Shown: positions 1 through 13,644 of the stretch, one piece after another
Layout: each line of letters starts with the position of its first letter
How positions within the stretch are numbered: position 1 is the first letter of the stretch
NCBI GenBank assembly: GCA_964016885.1
Contig: OZ024743.1
Span: 243,908,001 to 243,972,000, forward strand
Reading direction: 5' to 3'
Length of the DNA stretch: 64,000 nt
From: Eledone cirrhosa
Taxonomy: Eukaryota
Notes under the pieces: generated by a model
The model's input: only the letters and a program-made list of their open reading frames with translations
Database searches by the model: none
Told to the model about the DNA's origin: nothing
Program-made: the position numbers and the translations under genes

Positions 1-34
1 CCATTGTCTTCTATATAAACAGATAGGCGCACAT

Positions 35-143
35 CTACGCACATAAAAACATGTACATTCGTACAGATGCGTATAGGTGCGTACATATGATGCTGTGTAT
101 GTATACAAACATGTACCTGTATGTACGTGTATATACGTACATG

Positions 144-217
<74 letters not shown>

Positions 218-314
218 CACACACATAAATGTATGTGCGTGTGTATGTATATATATATATGCACATAAATACCAATTTGTATGTATATATGTAAATATGT
301 ACACACACACACAC

Positions 315-383
<69 letters not shown>

Positions 384-575
384 TGTATGTGCGTGTGCTT
401 ACATACATATATACATACATATATACGTATGTGACAATGGATATGCACACTGACTCTTTTATACCAAAGCGCGTTACGAAAATAAATAAGAACAAGCACT
501 ACACTATTAAAGTATACATATGCACGCACACACACACCTACATGTATGCGAGTGTACCTGTATGTATGTATGTAT
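35..575. repeat. Compound (TA)n/(CA)n/(TG)n microsatellite
   Basis: Direct reading; ORFs here are low-complexity YI/HT/CV artefacts. Confidence 0.95.
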
Positions 576-977
576 CTATTGGTACTCTTTCCTCCTCACT
601 GTTTCAGATGTTCACCCTCAGTCAGATCTGTTTCCATAAAAATACCAAATTCTCTACACAACTTACACTACTGTATTAAGAACGCCGCCTAATATAAAAA
701 GAGGAGCGGGCTAATTTTAGCTTCGTTTCACTTCTTGTTTACGTGGAAACTAGTGTTGCTGCCGTTGGCGCTGATGGAAATGTCTTGTAAAAATGCCAGA
801 TTACATCTGACCTCCTCACTCTTATGGCCATTCTTTTAAATGGTTATTCCACTCTCTCTTCTCTCCATTATCCTCTTTCTCTCTCCTCTTTATTTTTATT
901 TTATTTGTGATTTTTATTCGTTTTTTGTTTTGTAATCAAGATAAACTAAACCGGGATTATTATATGAGGAGGAGATT

Positions 978-988
978 TATGTGTGTGT

Positions 989-1075
<87 letters not shown>

Positions 1076-1342
1076 ATGAACAGTTAGAGAAGGTGTAGAA
1101 TAATGATGACGAAGGTTGAAGAGGAGGATGAGGATGAGGAAGGAAGGAAGATAAACATTAGGGTGAAGCATTGTTTACTTGCATTGTGTGCATACACACA
1201 CCCACCCGACCGCATATTCAAACATGCCTACGTAAAATCTGAACACTGATATATACACACACATCTACACACACCAGCACACACACAAACACACACGTAC
1301 ATACACGCACACGCACACACACACACACATATATATATATAT

Positions 1343-1380
<38 letters not shown>

Positions 1381-1565
1381 ACATAAACATACACATACAC
1401 AGACAGACACCGACACACACATACACACGCACACATACACATACAGAAACACACTCACATACTCACACACACAGAAACACACACACAGAAACACACACAC
1501 ATGCACATACAAATACACACACAAACAGACACACACACAAATACACACATATATACACACACATA
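978..1565. repeat. (TG)n and degenerate (CA)n microsatellites
   Basis: Direct reading. Confidence 0.9.
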
Positions 1566-1806
1566 TAATTGAAAACACATACTTGTCGAATATGAAAACA
1601 ATCTTAAGAATTATCAGGCAAAGCGGAGTAAGAGGGTCGCAGTATGATATGAAGAGTAAGTTGTAAGAAAGATATCTGTGTCGTGCTGTTTTATGAATAT
1701 ATAGATGTATAAAATGTGCCATCGGACAATGTAAATAAAAAGGACAGGCATTACAGTTGGGTCATCAGCTGGTATACGAGGCTCAAATGCAGTTTCGGAC
1801 CTTTAA

Positions 1807-2277
1807 CACTTTCGCTACCATATTTCTTACGAAAGGCACGGACAATGGTTTTTAAATAAGTTCAATTATAGTGAAGAGGTTAGAGGGGTTTAGTAATAAA
1901 AATAAACTCTCGTTTTTTATTTTGGTATTTGAAACATAACTTAAATCCTCAGTTGAGATGACGGTGGATTGCTTTTAGATACAGATTTGCAAATAAAGAG
2001 TTTGTAACATACAGCACTCTCTCCCAATCCCCCTCTCTCTATCAATTAGCACCAAACTCTCCCCCTCTCTATACCAACTACACGGAACTCTCTTCCAATA
2101 CCCTCTCTGTATCAATTAACCCCAAACTCTCCCCCTCTCTATATCTACTATATGGAACTCTCTTCCAACCTTCCTCTCTATATCAATTAGCGCCAAACTC
2201 TCCTCCTCTCTATATCTACTACACGGAACTCTCTTCCAATCACCCTCTCTATATCAATAAGTTTGCTATCAAAATGG
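1807..2277. mobile_element. Putative piggyBac-like non-autonomous element (MITE) containing a minisatellite
   Basis: TTAA at 1803-1806 and 2278-2281 flanking degenerate inverted ends (CACTTTCGCTACCA / TGCTATCAAAATGG). Confidence 0.4.
2016..2258 (+). repeat. ~70 bp pyrimidine-rich minisatellite (ACTCTCTTCCAA..CCCTCTCTATATCAATTA..CCAAACTCTCCCCCTCTCTATATCTACTA)
   Basis: About 3.5 tandem units; related reverse-complement array at 8514-8840. Confidence 0.8.
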
Positions 2278-2529
2278 TTAAACCATAGTACTATCCGTCT
2301 CAGCGTTCATGGCTATTTTACTAACTGTATTCTTACAGATCATAAAGGGCCGTAACTCTATGTTGCAAAGCATAGCTTCCGACCCTCAACCGATACTGCC
2401 AATCCACTTATCATAATATTATTGATATTCGGTTTGTTTACAAGTTAAACAGACTCATAAAACACCTTCGAATATAATATTTAAGTTATGCAAATAGTGC
2501 TATACCTGCAAATATATATACACCAATCA

Positions 2530-2615
2530 AAATTAAGAAGTTCGGTTCGCAACCACGTGGTTTTGGGTTCAGTATCGCTGGGTCACATCTTGGGCAAGTG
2601 TCTTTTATTGCAGCG
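2530..2615 (+). mobile_element. tRNA-derived SINE fragment (family with TTGGGCAAGTGTCTT core)
   Basis: Similar to 9625-9775, 27810-27940 (-) and 34290-34440; box B-like GGTTCAGT. Confidence 0.55.
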
Positions 2616-3093
2616 TCAGTTTGACTGCTGCTTTATATTCATATATAGATTTTTCTTAAGTATTTATTGTTGTTATTTTCTGTCCGGTTTCTACATTTAG
2701 TCTATGCATTCTGTATAAACAGGGGCCGTAGAACTGCCCCCCCCCCCAATAATTATATTTTTCTCCCCAAACTACCAAAACGCACATCTATTTGTATATG
2801 TGCTACAATTTATGTACATGTTATGTAGAGACAGATGGGAGAGATAGATATATATTTCTATTTATTTGCCACCAGGGCATCAAAGATTGGGACAAATACA
2901 AAGGGGGGAGTTTACATACATTTAAAAAGACGTGTAAAAAACATATAACAAATTAAATTTAACAATCGATGTCCTCAATAGGGAGGGGCGTTGACATGGG
3001 TCGCACACACCCCCGAAAAAATGTGCAACCCTCCTCTTCAGGAGCACAAAGAGCGGGAGCTTCCTTCCTCTTCTCATTCTTCTCCTCTCTCAC

Positions 3094-6000
3094 CTACAGG
3101 CTGATATAGAAAGAAGGCCCATTCACTCGGGCCATTCTCACTACTTTCACCCATCTTTCATAAAACTTGCTGGGGTAGAGCACCTCTCTCTCCATTCTGA
3201 TCCTTCTTCTAAAGTGGTACTTGAAAAAAAAGACCAGTTGTTGGCCGGAGAGAAAGGTGTCTGACCTCAGCCCTTTCAACCTTGTCCACCATACAACTTC
3301 TTTCGCCATGGCTATCACACAGAGGAAAACCGCCTCTCCTTCGTTTTTGAAAGGGGGAGGCGGTTTGATCGTGACAATGTTCTCGGTGGTCAACCGGATT
3401 GGTTCCACCCGCGACAGTAGTCGTTCTACATAGCCCCACAGGTAGCAACGCCCGGGCAATGTACAAATGCGTGTGCGACGGTTTCCTCGTCACGCACGCA
3501 TCTTGGACAGATCTTCTTTGAGGGGTCCCTACCCGGGCGCCCGTGTCTGTAGAGCTTGTCCCGAATGGGTAGAGCTCCTCGGTAACATTGCCAAACCAGG
3601 GACTTTTGGAAGTTGTCCATCGGTCCCGGGCCAAACGTCCTATCGAACAGACTGGCCAGCTCGTCTTCCTCCATGCCCAGAGCCTCTCCGAGAGCGTCGT
3701 CGCACTTACTGCGCACCAACCCTCTATAGAATGTTGAGGTTGAGTCTCCACTGATTGCCGGATCCGCTTGCCAGAGGGCCGTGAGCGCCTGGGCACATTC
3801 AATGTGCCAGTCGCCCACTTTTCTCGGTCTTTGCTTGACCCAGGATTGCAGCTCGGTGAGTGAGACGAGTCTCGGAAAGGCTCGCCTCACAAACAGGGCC
3901 CACACCGGCTGACCGGTGAGGAATACCTGGAGGTGCCGTAGCCTTAATGCGTGTTTACGCATCGTCAGCCACGGCAACCCCAGCCCTCCGTTCGAAGGGT
4001 GTTGACAGCAGATGGATCTTCTCACCAAAGGATCCCGCTTCTTCCAAAGAAATCGGAAGAGCGCGCGCTCCAATTTGGCGAGTGTTTTCTCTGGGCAAGG
4101 CACGACGGTCAAGCGGTAGTAGATGACGGACGCTATATAAGCGTTCGCCACCTCCGCTCGACCATTCAGGGATAGTTTGCACTCGGCCCATTTCTGGGCG
4201 AGTGCAAACACCTTGCCCGTTACCTCGTCCCAGTTTTTCTCTACCTGGAGGTCCGGTCCGAACCAGACCCCGAGCAGCTTCACCGGTCCCTCCGTCCAGC
4301 GTCCGACGATGCCGTCGGAGGGCATCGTTTTGCCCCTCCACGTTCCGAGTTGCAAACCGACGGACTTGTTCCGGTTCAGCTTGGCTCCTGTGAACCTTTC
4401 ATATTCCTCCAGTAAGGTGCCGATCTGCCCGATTTCCGAGGCGCACGACACCATTACTGTCACGTCATCGGCAAAGGCCGACACCGCTTTCCGCAATCCC
4501 GGTTCCAAGGGGATGCCCTGCAACAGCTCCAGCTTCCGCAGTAGTGGCTCGAGAGCCAGCACATGCAGGAGGGAGGAGAGAGGGCATCCCTGTTGAATGG
4601 ATCGCGTGATTTGGAACGGCTCCGAGAGGTAGCCGTTCACCTTGACCCTCGAGCAGGTGTTGCTGCTGTGTATTGCAGCAATCCAGCCCCTGAAAATGGG
4701 TCCGAAGCCTGCCGCCGCGAGCACCGCATCCAGCTACCGATGGTCAACCCTATCGAACGCCTTAGATTGATCCAAGTTGATCAGGGCCCCACCAAAGCCG
4801 GGTTCGTTACCTACCCTCTCTACGATGTATCGCATGAGGTGGGGGTTGTCGTGTATGGACCTGGACGGGATTGCGCATGTCTGCGCTTCTCCCACCAGGT
4901 TCCCGACGACAAGCGCCAACCTCGTCGCTAACACCTTGGCCAAAATCTTATATCTGTGTTTAGCAGAGTTATGGGCCTGAAGTTATCTATGTCATCCCCC
5001 TTGTTCTCGTCCTTCCTCACCATCGTGACTACGCCCTTGGTCACAGAACTGGGAATTCTCCCGTTCTGTTGCTAGTTGCAGTAGACCGCCTCGAGGAGAC
5101 CGGAGAACAAGCCCGGCATCGCTACATAAAGTTCGTATGGTAAACCATCGAGACCCGGAGATTTGCGTTTGCCGCATTGGCTCAGCTCTTCCCCTATTTC
5201 AGCGGCTGAAATCGGCCTCTCGCAGGACTTCGCCTCCCCGTCCGAGAGCCGCGCCAGACCGTCGAGGTATGGACCGAAATCCATGGCCCCACCCGGCCCG
5301 CCGCCCCTCCCGAACAGTTGTGCAAAGCGCCGTTGAAAGGCCGCGCTCATCCGCTCAGGTTCAAGGATCACGCGTCCATCCTGGCCCTTCAAAGACTGAA
5401 TCGTGGACTTGTTTCCACTTTTTGCCTCTGTCACTCGGGCCCAGCTAACAGCTTTGGCTCCCTCGTTACCCAGAGCACGTATTTTACTCCTGACAACGCA
5501 GCCCTCGTGCTTCGCATCAAAGAACTGGTCTAGGGCCGTTCTTGACGCCAGCACGCCGGCCACGTTGCCACTCCTAATCGCCTCTTCTACTCTATTTATT
5601 AATTCCCTTTCAGTTCTATTCCTATCTGATGCTAATTCCCGACTAAAACCTATCGATTCTATTCTAATTTCTCTCTTGAGAGAGCCCTACGACCTGTTGT
5701 TGACAATTGCCCCCATCAAACGCTTCTTAACTAGTGTGCTAATCCGCTTACTGTAAGCTTTGTTTGTCGGTAAAGACAAGTTTAGCTTCCAGTAACCGGG
5801 TCCCTGTCTATGAGTTCTATCAAGGTTGACCACTCCGGTCACGAACTTGTGATCCGAATAGTCAACCATGAACATTTGTGGACAGCTTAATATGTCCCTA
5901 TCCTTATTTCTAACTAGGAACCTATCTAGGTTCGACCTAGATGTTCCGCTGAGATTACTCCACGTCCACAGTGGCACAGTCGGAAAATCTAGTCGATATC

Positions 6001-6532
6001 TATCGGCCAGATCAAATCGGCCGATTAATCGTTTGAGGCTGTTACACCCCCCTCTATCGAGACATGCCCCTACATAGTCCCAACGTGCATCCAGGATACC
6101 ATTCCAGTCCCCCACTAAAAGCAAGGAGCGAGACGTTCCCAGGAAATTCTCCAGGCGTCGGAAGAAGTCCGGTCGCGGTGTCCCAGATGGGGCATACGCT
6201 GCCACCAGCCTGAAAGCTCCACCTTCACCACTACTGCCGACGTCTAAAACCACCAGTCGACCCTCCGGGTCCAGGTGTACCTTCTGTGTGGCAAGACCCA
6301 GGTATTTTCGCAGCAGAACGACAACCCCACCCCCACCCCTCGGCTGACAGAAAGATGCGTAGATCTCAAAGTCGTCGAAGATGGGGGCCAGTTGGCGCTC
6401 GCTGCTGATCCTGGACTCGCAAATAACCATTACATCCACTCTGTGCGACCTGAGGTCATTTAAGAGTTTGCCCTGTTTCCAGGACATCCCCAAGCCGCGT
6501 GCATTCACACATCCAACTCTTATATTGGCCAT
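3094..6532 (-). pseudogene. Tx1 ORF2 (APE endonuclease, reverse transcriptase, CCHC), disrupted
   Basis: GCVNARG, LVGDWN, SDH, LDQSKAFD, QGCPLS, FADD, CPRC..ETVAHAFVHC; split over six ORFs by stops (5687, 5072) and frameshifts. Confidence 0.9.
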
Positions 6533-6574
6533 GTTGGTGCTGAAGAGTTAAAAAGGAAGAGGAAAGGAAATTAC

Positions 6575-7310
6575 TTACCTCTTCGTCTCCTGGGGACCAG
6601 GCTGCACAATTTCCATGGGGGTGTTGGAAGGGTTGTTTGGTGGGGTGGTGGTTTGTGGTGGGGTGAGGACATCAGTGTGTGGTGGGATTAGGGTGTTTGG
6701 TGGGATGTGGGTGTCTGGTGTGGGGGTGGGAAAACATCTCAATAGGACGCTGTTATGTGGTTTGGTGCAGTTGGTCCCCACATGCATTGGATGGTTCTTT
6801 TTCAAAGTTTCATAGGTTTCCGTTGGGACCCTAATCATCATTAGGTGCGGTTTGTTCGCTGCGTAGGTGAAAGTGATCCCTTCGGTTTCCACCGAAGGGT
6901 TATTTTCTATCGCTTTCATCAACGTTTTATTGTTCTTGTTAATGTATGTATAGAGTTTTTGTTGTGTTGTGTTTGTTTTTGTTTGTTGTTCTTGTGCGTG
7001 TTTGCGTTTTGTAGTACGTGTTATGTTTTGGGGAGGGGTGGGTTTTTTATTTGTGATGTTTGTTCTGTTTGTGCTGGTGGTTGTGTGTTTGTGGCATTTT
7101 TGTTAATGTGGTGCCTTTTTTTTTCCTTTTCACCTGTTGAAAGGGTTCTCCCTCGTCGTCACTGGGTGACGTTGATACAGAGTCCTCTTCCGTGTTGTTG
7201 GGGAGGGGTATATTTTGGGGTTTTGTTGTGGTTGCTTTTGTATTTGTTTTAGGTGGGGAGGGGTTGGGTGGAACAGTGTTTTGTGTTGTTATTTTTCCGT
7301 GTTGTTGTGG

Positions 7311-7368
<58 letters not shown>

Positions 7369-8322
7369 GGTGGTGGTGGTGGTTGTGTTGTTGTGTTCGG
7401 GGTTGGCAGAAGAACCTTTTTTTTTTACTCGTTAATTGAGGACAGGCAGCCCTCAGGTGACCCCTGTTAAGCAGTGGTAACATGACGGCCGCCTTCCCTC
7501 CACTGAAATGTTTATATAAGTTAGCCCGTCCAGAGGCACGCGTTGTGGGATATTCGCTATTCGTTCTGGGCTCATTTGCACCAGAACTTCTACGCTGGTT
7601 CCACCAAATACACCTCCGGAGGACTTTCCTATTGAAATTATCCTGTCTTCATCAAAGTCAATGATTCGACATAGTATCCACCAAATATTTACATTTGGTA
7701 TGATACTCATAATTTTTATTCTTTGTGTCCTTTTTCCCCTGTATGTGGGGAAAAAGGTGAAGCGGGGGGACACAATGGGTGATACCGAGTATTTTTGTGC
7801 TGTTGACTGGTTATTCATTAGCACCGAAATGCTACCAAACAGTTTTCCTTTTTGTATGAAGGTTATGTCCTTCATTGCATCTTTTAGAACCAGCTCAATT
7901 TCATTTTGTGATAATTGAGCTGGTTTTCTTGTTTCGTTCGATATTGTCCTGAAAACCACAGTTTTCAGGACAGCCTCCCTACGTAATTCCTGTGGAGAAT
8001 TGATGCTAAAAGCACCGTTTTCGCCAAAAGTCACGAATTGTTTTGCTTCTTGTAGTAGTTGTTTAGCATTTGTTATGTCAATTGGCGTTTTTTTTTACAG
8101 TCTGTGCGAACGTTGTTTTGGTGTTGTTGTCTTTTTTGTTGCTGTCACTGTTGGTAATATTGTTCATGTTTTCCTTGGTGTTGCTATTGTTGCAGTTGTT
8201 GGTTGTGGTGTTATTGTCATTGTTCTTGTTGTTGGTGCTGGTATTATTTACCGGGTTTGATTTCGTGGTTTCTTAGTGAACGTGGCACTCACGACAGTGT
8301 GCGAGGTTGAAATGGCATCCAT
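6575..8322 (-). pseudogene. Tx1 ORF1 (nucleic-acid-binding, zinc knuckle remnant), disrupted
   Basis: 7453-8034 aligns by eye to ORF1 of copies A-C (VEGRRP-C); internal (AAC)n expansion at ~7300-7370; start position approximate. Confidence 0.7.
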
Positions 8323-8513
8323 TGCTGACTACCAAGTCTACACAGTTTTGAGATGAAAATGAAAATTTCGCCCCAGAAAGGGGCGAAAATTAGTTGACTC
8401 AACATCTGAAGGCCCAGGTAAGGGGTTAAACTAAACAATGTTATTAAATTGAGCAATGAACTCAGTTTTTTTTTACAATAATCCGTAAAAATCCGGAGCG
8501 AAGTAATTCCCGT

Positions 8514-8840
8514 CTATATCAAGTGGTAATTGATATAGAGAGGGGGATTGGAAGAGAGTACTATGTAGTAGATATAGAGAGGGGGATAATTTGGTGGTTG
8601 TAGATATAGAGAGAGGGATAATGGGAGAGTGCCGTGTAGTAGATATAGGGAAGGGGAGATTTTAGGCGTGATTGATATACAGAGGGGGATAGGGAGAGCT
8701 AAGTGTAGATATTTATAGAGTGTGGGATAAGAGAGGCGGTATCGTAATAGATATAGAGAGGGGTAGAGTTTAGTTTTAGTAGATACAGAGAAGGGGATTA
8801 AAAGAGTTTTTGAGTGATAGCCATAGAGAGGAGGAGAGTC
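8514..8840 (-). repeat. ~70 bp minisatellite, inverted relative to 2016-2258
   Basis: Repeated GATATAGAGAGGGGGA units. Confidence 0.75.
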
Positions 8841-8869
8841 TGGTGTCACTCTCGGGTCCAATATTTGGA

Positions 8870-9070
8870 GAGAGGAAATAATGGGGGAAGGGGCTTGGGA
8901 AATCTGTAATTGTATAGTGTACGTTCGTAAATATGGGATTTCTTGTAATGTTCTACTTTTGTCGTATATAATGTTTTTTTTAATGTAAAATAAAATTATT
9001 ATTAGATTCTCCAGCTGCTGTATCAATCTGAATCACTTAAAATAAAATTTCGCCGGAGATGGATTAGCAA
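8870..9070. mobile_element. Dispersed repeat, probably Helitron-like non-autonomous family
   Basis: Homologous to 33330-33480 (GGGATTTCTT.TAATGTT...ATTATTAGATTCTC.AG.TGCTGTATC.AT.TGAATCACTTA). Confidence 0.5.
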
Positions 9071-9289
9071 AATGTAATAATTTAATGAGCTAAACTAATA
9101 ACTACAACTAAATTGTGCAAATTTGGACCCCCTCCCCCCCCCAAAAAAATTCAGAAATGATTCCATCACTCCTGATACAGCCCTCTCAGAAACGAATTGA
9201 TAGTTGCTGAGACAACAAATTCTTTCTGTTTACCATTGAGTGTTTATTGGGCCTCGCGTATTTCTTTCACACAATGATGTCTTCGATAA

Positions 9290-9470
9290 ATTCCAATCAG
9301 GAACGCGCCTGGGGTTCTCCTCTCTTCAGAGATGTGCATCTTCGTGAGGTGGAGAGAATACTTTACTGACCTCCAAAACCCGATCACAGCAGCATCTGAT
9401 GTACACGAAGTGCATCTGGAAGCGGTGACTAAACTCTCGAGGACTGAGGTCGCAAGAGCAGTTGAACAGC
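9290..9470 (+). mobile_element. LINE (RTE-like) ORF remnant
   Basis: Translates IFVRWREYFTDLQNP...LSRTEVARAV, matching the RW.EYF..LLN / EV..A. region upstream of LINE RT. Confidence 0.5.
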
Positions 9471-9624
9471 ATTTATGGTGATGCCATTTCATACGCCTTT
9501 TGTCTCCAGTAAACGACTTCTGTCTGACCCAGAGAGTCTTAGTGGTTGTCTCTCCTTTCAGGGGGTCAGGGGGGGGGGGGGCTTAACTTGACAGCTAGTT
9601 TTACTCTTTCCCTTTGTTAATAGA

Positions 9625-9775
9625 AAATGATTGTGTGGTTAAGGAGTTGGCTTCACAACAACGTTATTCTTGGCTCAGTCACGCTGCGTGGTACCTTGGG
9701 CATGGACCTTCTACTACAGCCGCAAGTTGACCAATGCCTCGTGAGTGGAATTCAGACGGAAACTGCAGAACCCTG
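9625..9775 (+). mobile_element. tRNA-derived SINE fragment
   Basis: GTGTGGTTAAG head, CCTTGGGCA core, GACCAATGCCTCGTGAGTGGA..GACGGAAACTG tail. Confidence 0.55.
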
Positions 9776-10018
9776 TCATATCTCCAACAGTTGCCACATA
9801 GGGCATAGAAAGATCCTCTCCGACATTCCCTTTAGTGCTTTGATACTGGATGGTACATCCGAAATATAAAGACTAATAAATATTTCCAAGGTCACATTAT
9901 CCCTGGTTCTTTTTCTTTTTCCTTCCTCTTCTCCACTCAACTTCCCCTCTGTTTCTTTACTCGATTTTGTTGCCTTAATATTTATATCACCTGCAGGTAG
10001 TGTAGCGGTTTCCCAAAC

Positions 10019-10074
<56 letters not shown>

Positions 10075-10119
10075 GTTCTCGCAGATTTCAAATTCCAGCA
10101 GAAAACAGTAGGGAAGCAC

Positions 10120-10159
10120 TGTCTCGATGAGAGCCAGAAGCTTGAAATGTACATAGACA
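10120..10159 (+). ncRNA. Type I minimal hammerhead-like fold with variant core (UCGAUGA)
   Basis: Stem I TGTC/GACA; TCGATGA; stem II GAGC/GCTT; GAAA; palindromic stem III ATGTACAT; site UA; inside a (TA)n-flanked insert 10072-10370. Confidence 0.55.
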
Positions 10160-10368
10160 TGTACCCTTCACTGCTTCTGCTGGAATCCGCTAGACGGCGC
10201 TGGCCGTCAGCCTTTATTCATAGCTGGGCTTTCAAAAAGTTTATTTTTTAAACATACCGTATATCTTTTTAGATATACAAAATTCAGATACATATATGTA
10301 TACAGCTCTGTTGAATCGTGTATATAGGATTGAGCAATACATTTCTTATGTAACACCTCCACTTTGTT

Positions 10369-10415
<47 letters not shown>

Positions 10416-12332
10416 GTGAGTGTCTTTGTTTATGTTTGTATGTCACGTGGCTTAGTGGTTCGATAAAAAAAGGTGATCAATTAAATATATACCCAAATTT
10501 GGATAAGTAAGTACAGGGTCAATATGATCGACTAAATCAGGCCAGTGCTTCACCATGGCCTCAGTCAGAAATCTGAAATCAGTAAAAGAATAAAAAAATA
10601 AAAGAATATAGTTTAAAGACTGTTGTATTTCTGGTGACATCTAGTGACCCAAAATATCGGTTCGCCTATTTATGGAGTTTACAAAGTGTTTATCGAGAGA
10701 TGATTGTAGATTGTGAGTAAACACAGGTACAACCACATTAAAAGTATCAATACAGACGCGGATATAACAAAACAAAACGAAAACAGCACTGAATATCTGC
10801 ACAAGCGTGACAGAGCAGCTTTGTATGCTAAAAATTCTGTAATACGAGATCTTCATTTTAAATAATTGATATGACCATACCATAGAATGACGCAATATTC
10901 AGGGATAGGAAGATACGTATCAATAAAAAAAAAAAAAAAAATGACCTGAATTCTAAATCATCTGTTGTGTTATTTTTAGACGCAGGCAATTCACTTACAA
11001 CTACGTGGTTCCGAGTTCAGTCTCATTTTCCATACATAATCTTTACACGACATATCCACCACCAGGACAGTGGTTTGGCAGGAACCATTTATAGATATAT
11101 AACTCAAAGCATTACATTGAAATATTTCCCCTTTCAATATAATTCAGAGAAGCTTATAAATATCATAGATGAGTAGTAAAAAAAATTTAATAGAAAAAGG
11201 AAAAATATAGATTGAGAAGAAAGAATGGAATGGAAAATAAGAAAATATAAAAAAAACGGAAAAGGAAGGGAAAGGAAAGGGCTCTAGGGTCACAGAAGAA
11301 TGGGGAGCGGAAAGGAGGTGTGTGGTGAGCTCTGGGCCTAGGGTGCGTCGGTAATGGGGCTGCGCTCCATAGACAAGACTGCAAAAGCATTCCCGCGGAC
11401 AATAGCCAGCGACACCCGCTGCAACAGCCACCCCACCCCGCGGGGCCCCTTCCTCAGACCAATGACGATGTAATGAATATATATGTCTGTCTATTTACCT
11501 GTCTATCTATCTTTATCAATGCATCTATCTTCGGGCAAGATTAACAATATCAATAACCACAAAGCACGATTCCCAATAGTATAGCTGTCCGAAGATAGAT
11601 TGATATAAACATCTTGCTCTTGCTCAACGCGACCGGAGTCATCCTTAGCCAGCGATCCCAAAGCATAGTCGTGCGTAGAGCCGACCAGGTCCACCTGCGC
11701 CTTCCTGGGTCTGTCCTTGTGGCAAGAGGATTTGTGTATTCCGTAAATCCGAGAGAGTGTTACCGTCTGAAGCTTTGCTCAAGATAGGGCCACCCTAGGC
11801 GGGCCGGTTGGGGAGGTTCCAGACCAACAATTACCAACGGTGTGTCGGCTCGCTGCTAAGATAGCAGTCCCATCATCTGACTATTCCGCGGAGGGTAAAA
11901 AACCCGCCCAGAAGAATCTTCAACCTGTTACTAAACCGACTAGAAGATGATATATACATAGACATAGAACAAACTTATCGTAGTTTAGTGGGCATTTGTC
12001 TGATAGTGTTTTAACAAACCATGAAATAAAATTATAATTGATTTAAATTAATGTAAAATAAAATACGACGATGACTGGAGTGACAAGACGAAAATCAAGG
12101 AATCATGGAAAAATCGAGGAATCACGGCATTATTAAATTAAATACATGTTTTACTAACCACTGCCATTTTGAGGAGTAATATTTTAGTTTAAAAATAATA
12201 TACAGTGCATTTCATTAGGAATATTGTAAGGAAAGGGTTAAAAAGTAATTTGTTTAACAATAAAGAACCTGCCCTTCCAATGAATGGGTAGGAATCTTGT
12301 TAGTTCAATTTGTGGCCTGTTCTGAATCTACG

Positions 12333-12538
<206 letters not shown>

Positions 12539-12851
12539 CAGAAATATCCACGGTTAGTTGTGGGGTCTAGTCTGCACGAAGAACTCAATGTAATCCATAT
12601 GTTGAAAATGTTGTAGGTTAAAATAAATCCCGGAAAACAAGAAAACATCGAAAGGAATATATTTACCTACATGTATATTCCTTATTTGATATTTTGTAAC
12701 TAACCCTACATAGATCGATAACGAAATATGCGTACGATGTATTATTATCACCTAGAAACGATCGTAAAGCAGTGAAGTATATTTCTAATGACTTGAATTT
12801 TTATTTCATTGTTTTAACTTATCTCTCTCTCTCTCTATATATATATATATA

Positions 12852-13297
12852 ACTTTGATAGGTTTCGGCCAGTATTGGCCCAGGCCATGTCTATCTTAAT
12901 AGCACCACCTGGTGAAGTCTTACAAATTAGTGTTTGGGCACCATGGCCCACTCGAGCAGAGAGTTATTGTTTATGGAGGCATATCCGGGTGTAGGAGGCT
13001 TTTCCGGGATTTCTTGAAAGAATTTATCCAAAGACTTCTTGAACTTGATGGGGTCTGTCTCTGCTTTGATGTGTTTTGGTGTAATGTTAAAGAGAGCAGG
13101 GCCAATTGAGGTGAAATAATTGTGCCGTATTGTTGTTATGTGATGCGAGTAAGATTTTTGTCGAGGGCGGATAGCACGGGGCCCAAGCCTTGGGTGTCCA
13201 TTAAAGGTGATGCCAACATCATTTGGGCAAAGCTGATGGAATATTTTCCACATCATGCAGATAATGTAGCGCTCACGGTGACGTTGGAGAGCATATA
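12852..13297 (-). mobile_element. 3' fragment of an APE-type LINE (CR1/L2/Jockey group), 5'-truncated
   Basis: [19 protein letters not shown]...FKKSLDKFFQEIPEKP..PGY...NSLLEW resembles LINE ORF2 C-terminus; 3' UTR hairpin GGCCA-ATAC-TGGCC; (TA)n on both sides. Confidence 0.65.
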
Positions 13298-13377
<80 letters not shown>

Positions 13378-13545
13378 GTATATATATATTTATATATTTA
13401 TGTATATATTTATATATTTATGTATATATATATTTATATATTTATGTATATATTTATATATTTATGTATATATCTATATTTATATATTTATGTATATATT
13501 TATATATTTATGTATATATATATTTATATATTTATATATATATAT
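13298..13545. repeat. (TA)n and TATATATTTA(TG) degenerate microsatellite
   Basis: Direct reading. Confidence 0.9.
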
Positions 13546-13644
13546 TCTTTAGTCGATCGACTTTCGTCAAATCGGACCGAGGAAACAATGTTTTCGTCGG
13601 TCTTTCCAGTTGCTAATACTATCTATCGGTCGCAACTCCAGGTA

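Larger units (their letters stand above)
2850..8513 (-). mobile_element. Tx1/L1-clade LINE, near full length, degraded (copy D)
   Basis: ORF1 pieces (7453-8034 with EGRRPSCYHC, 6575-6922) and ORF2 pieces with APE and RT motifs homologous to 54276-57692; AATAAA near 2865 on - followed by (TA)n. Confidence 0.9.

Noticed and set aside
12570-12620. Possible hammerhead (CTGC-ACGAAGA...GAAA...GTAG)
   Set aside because: Two core mismatches and weak stems II and III
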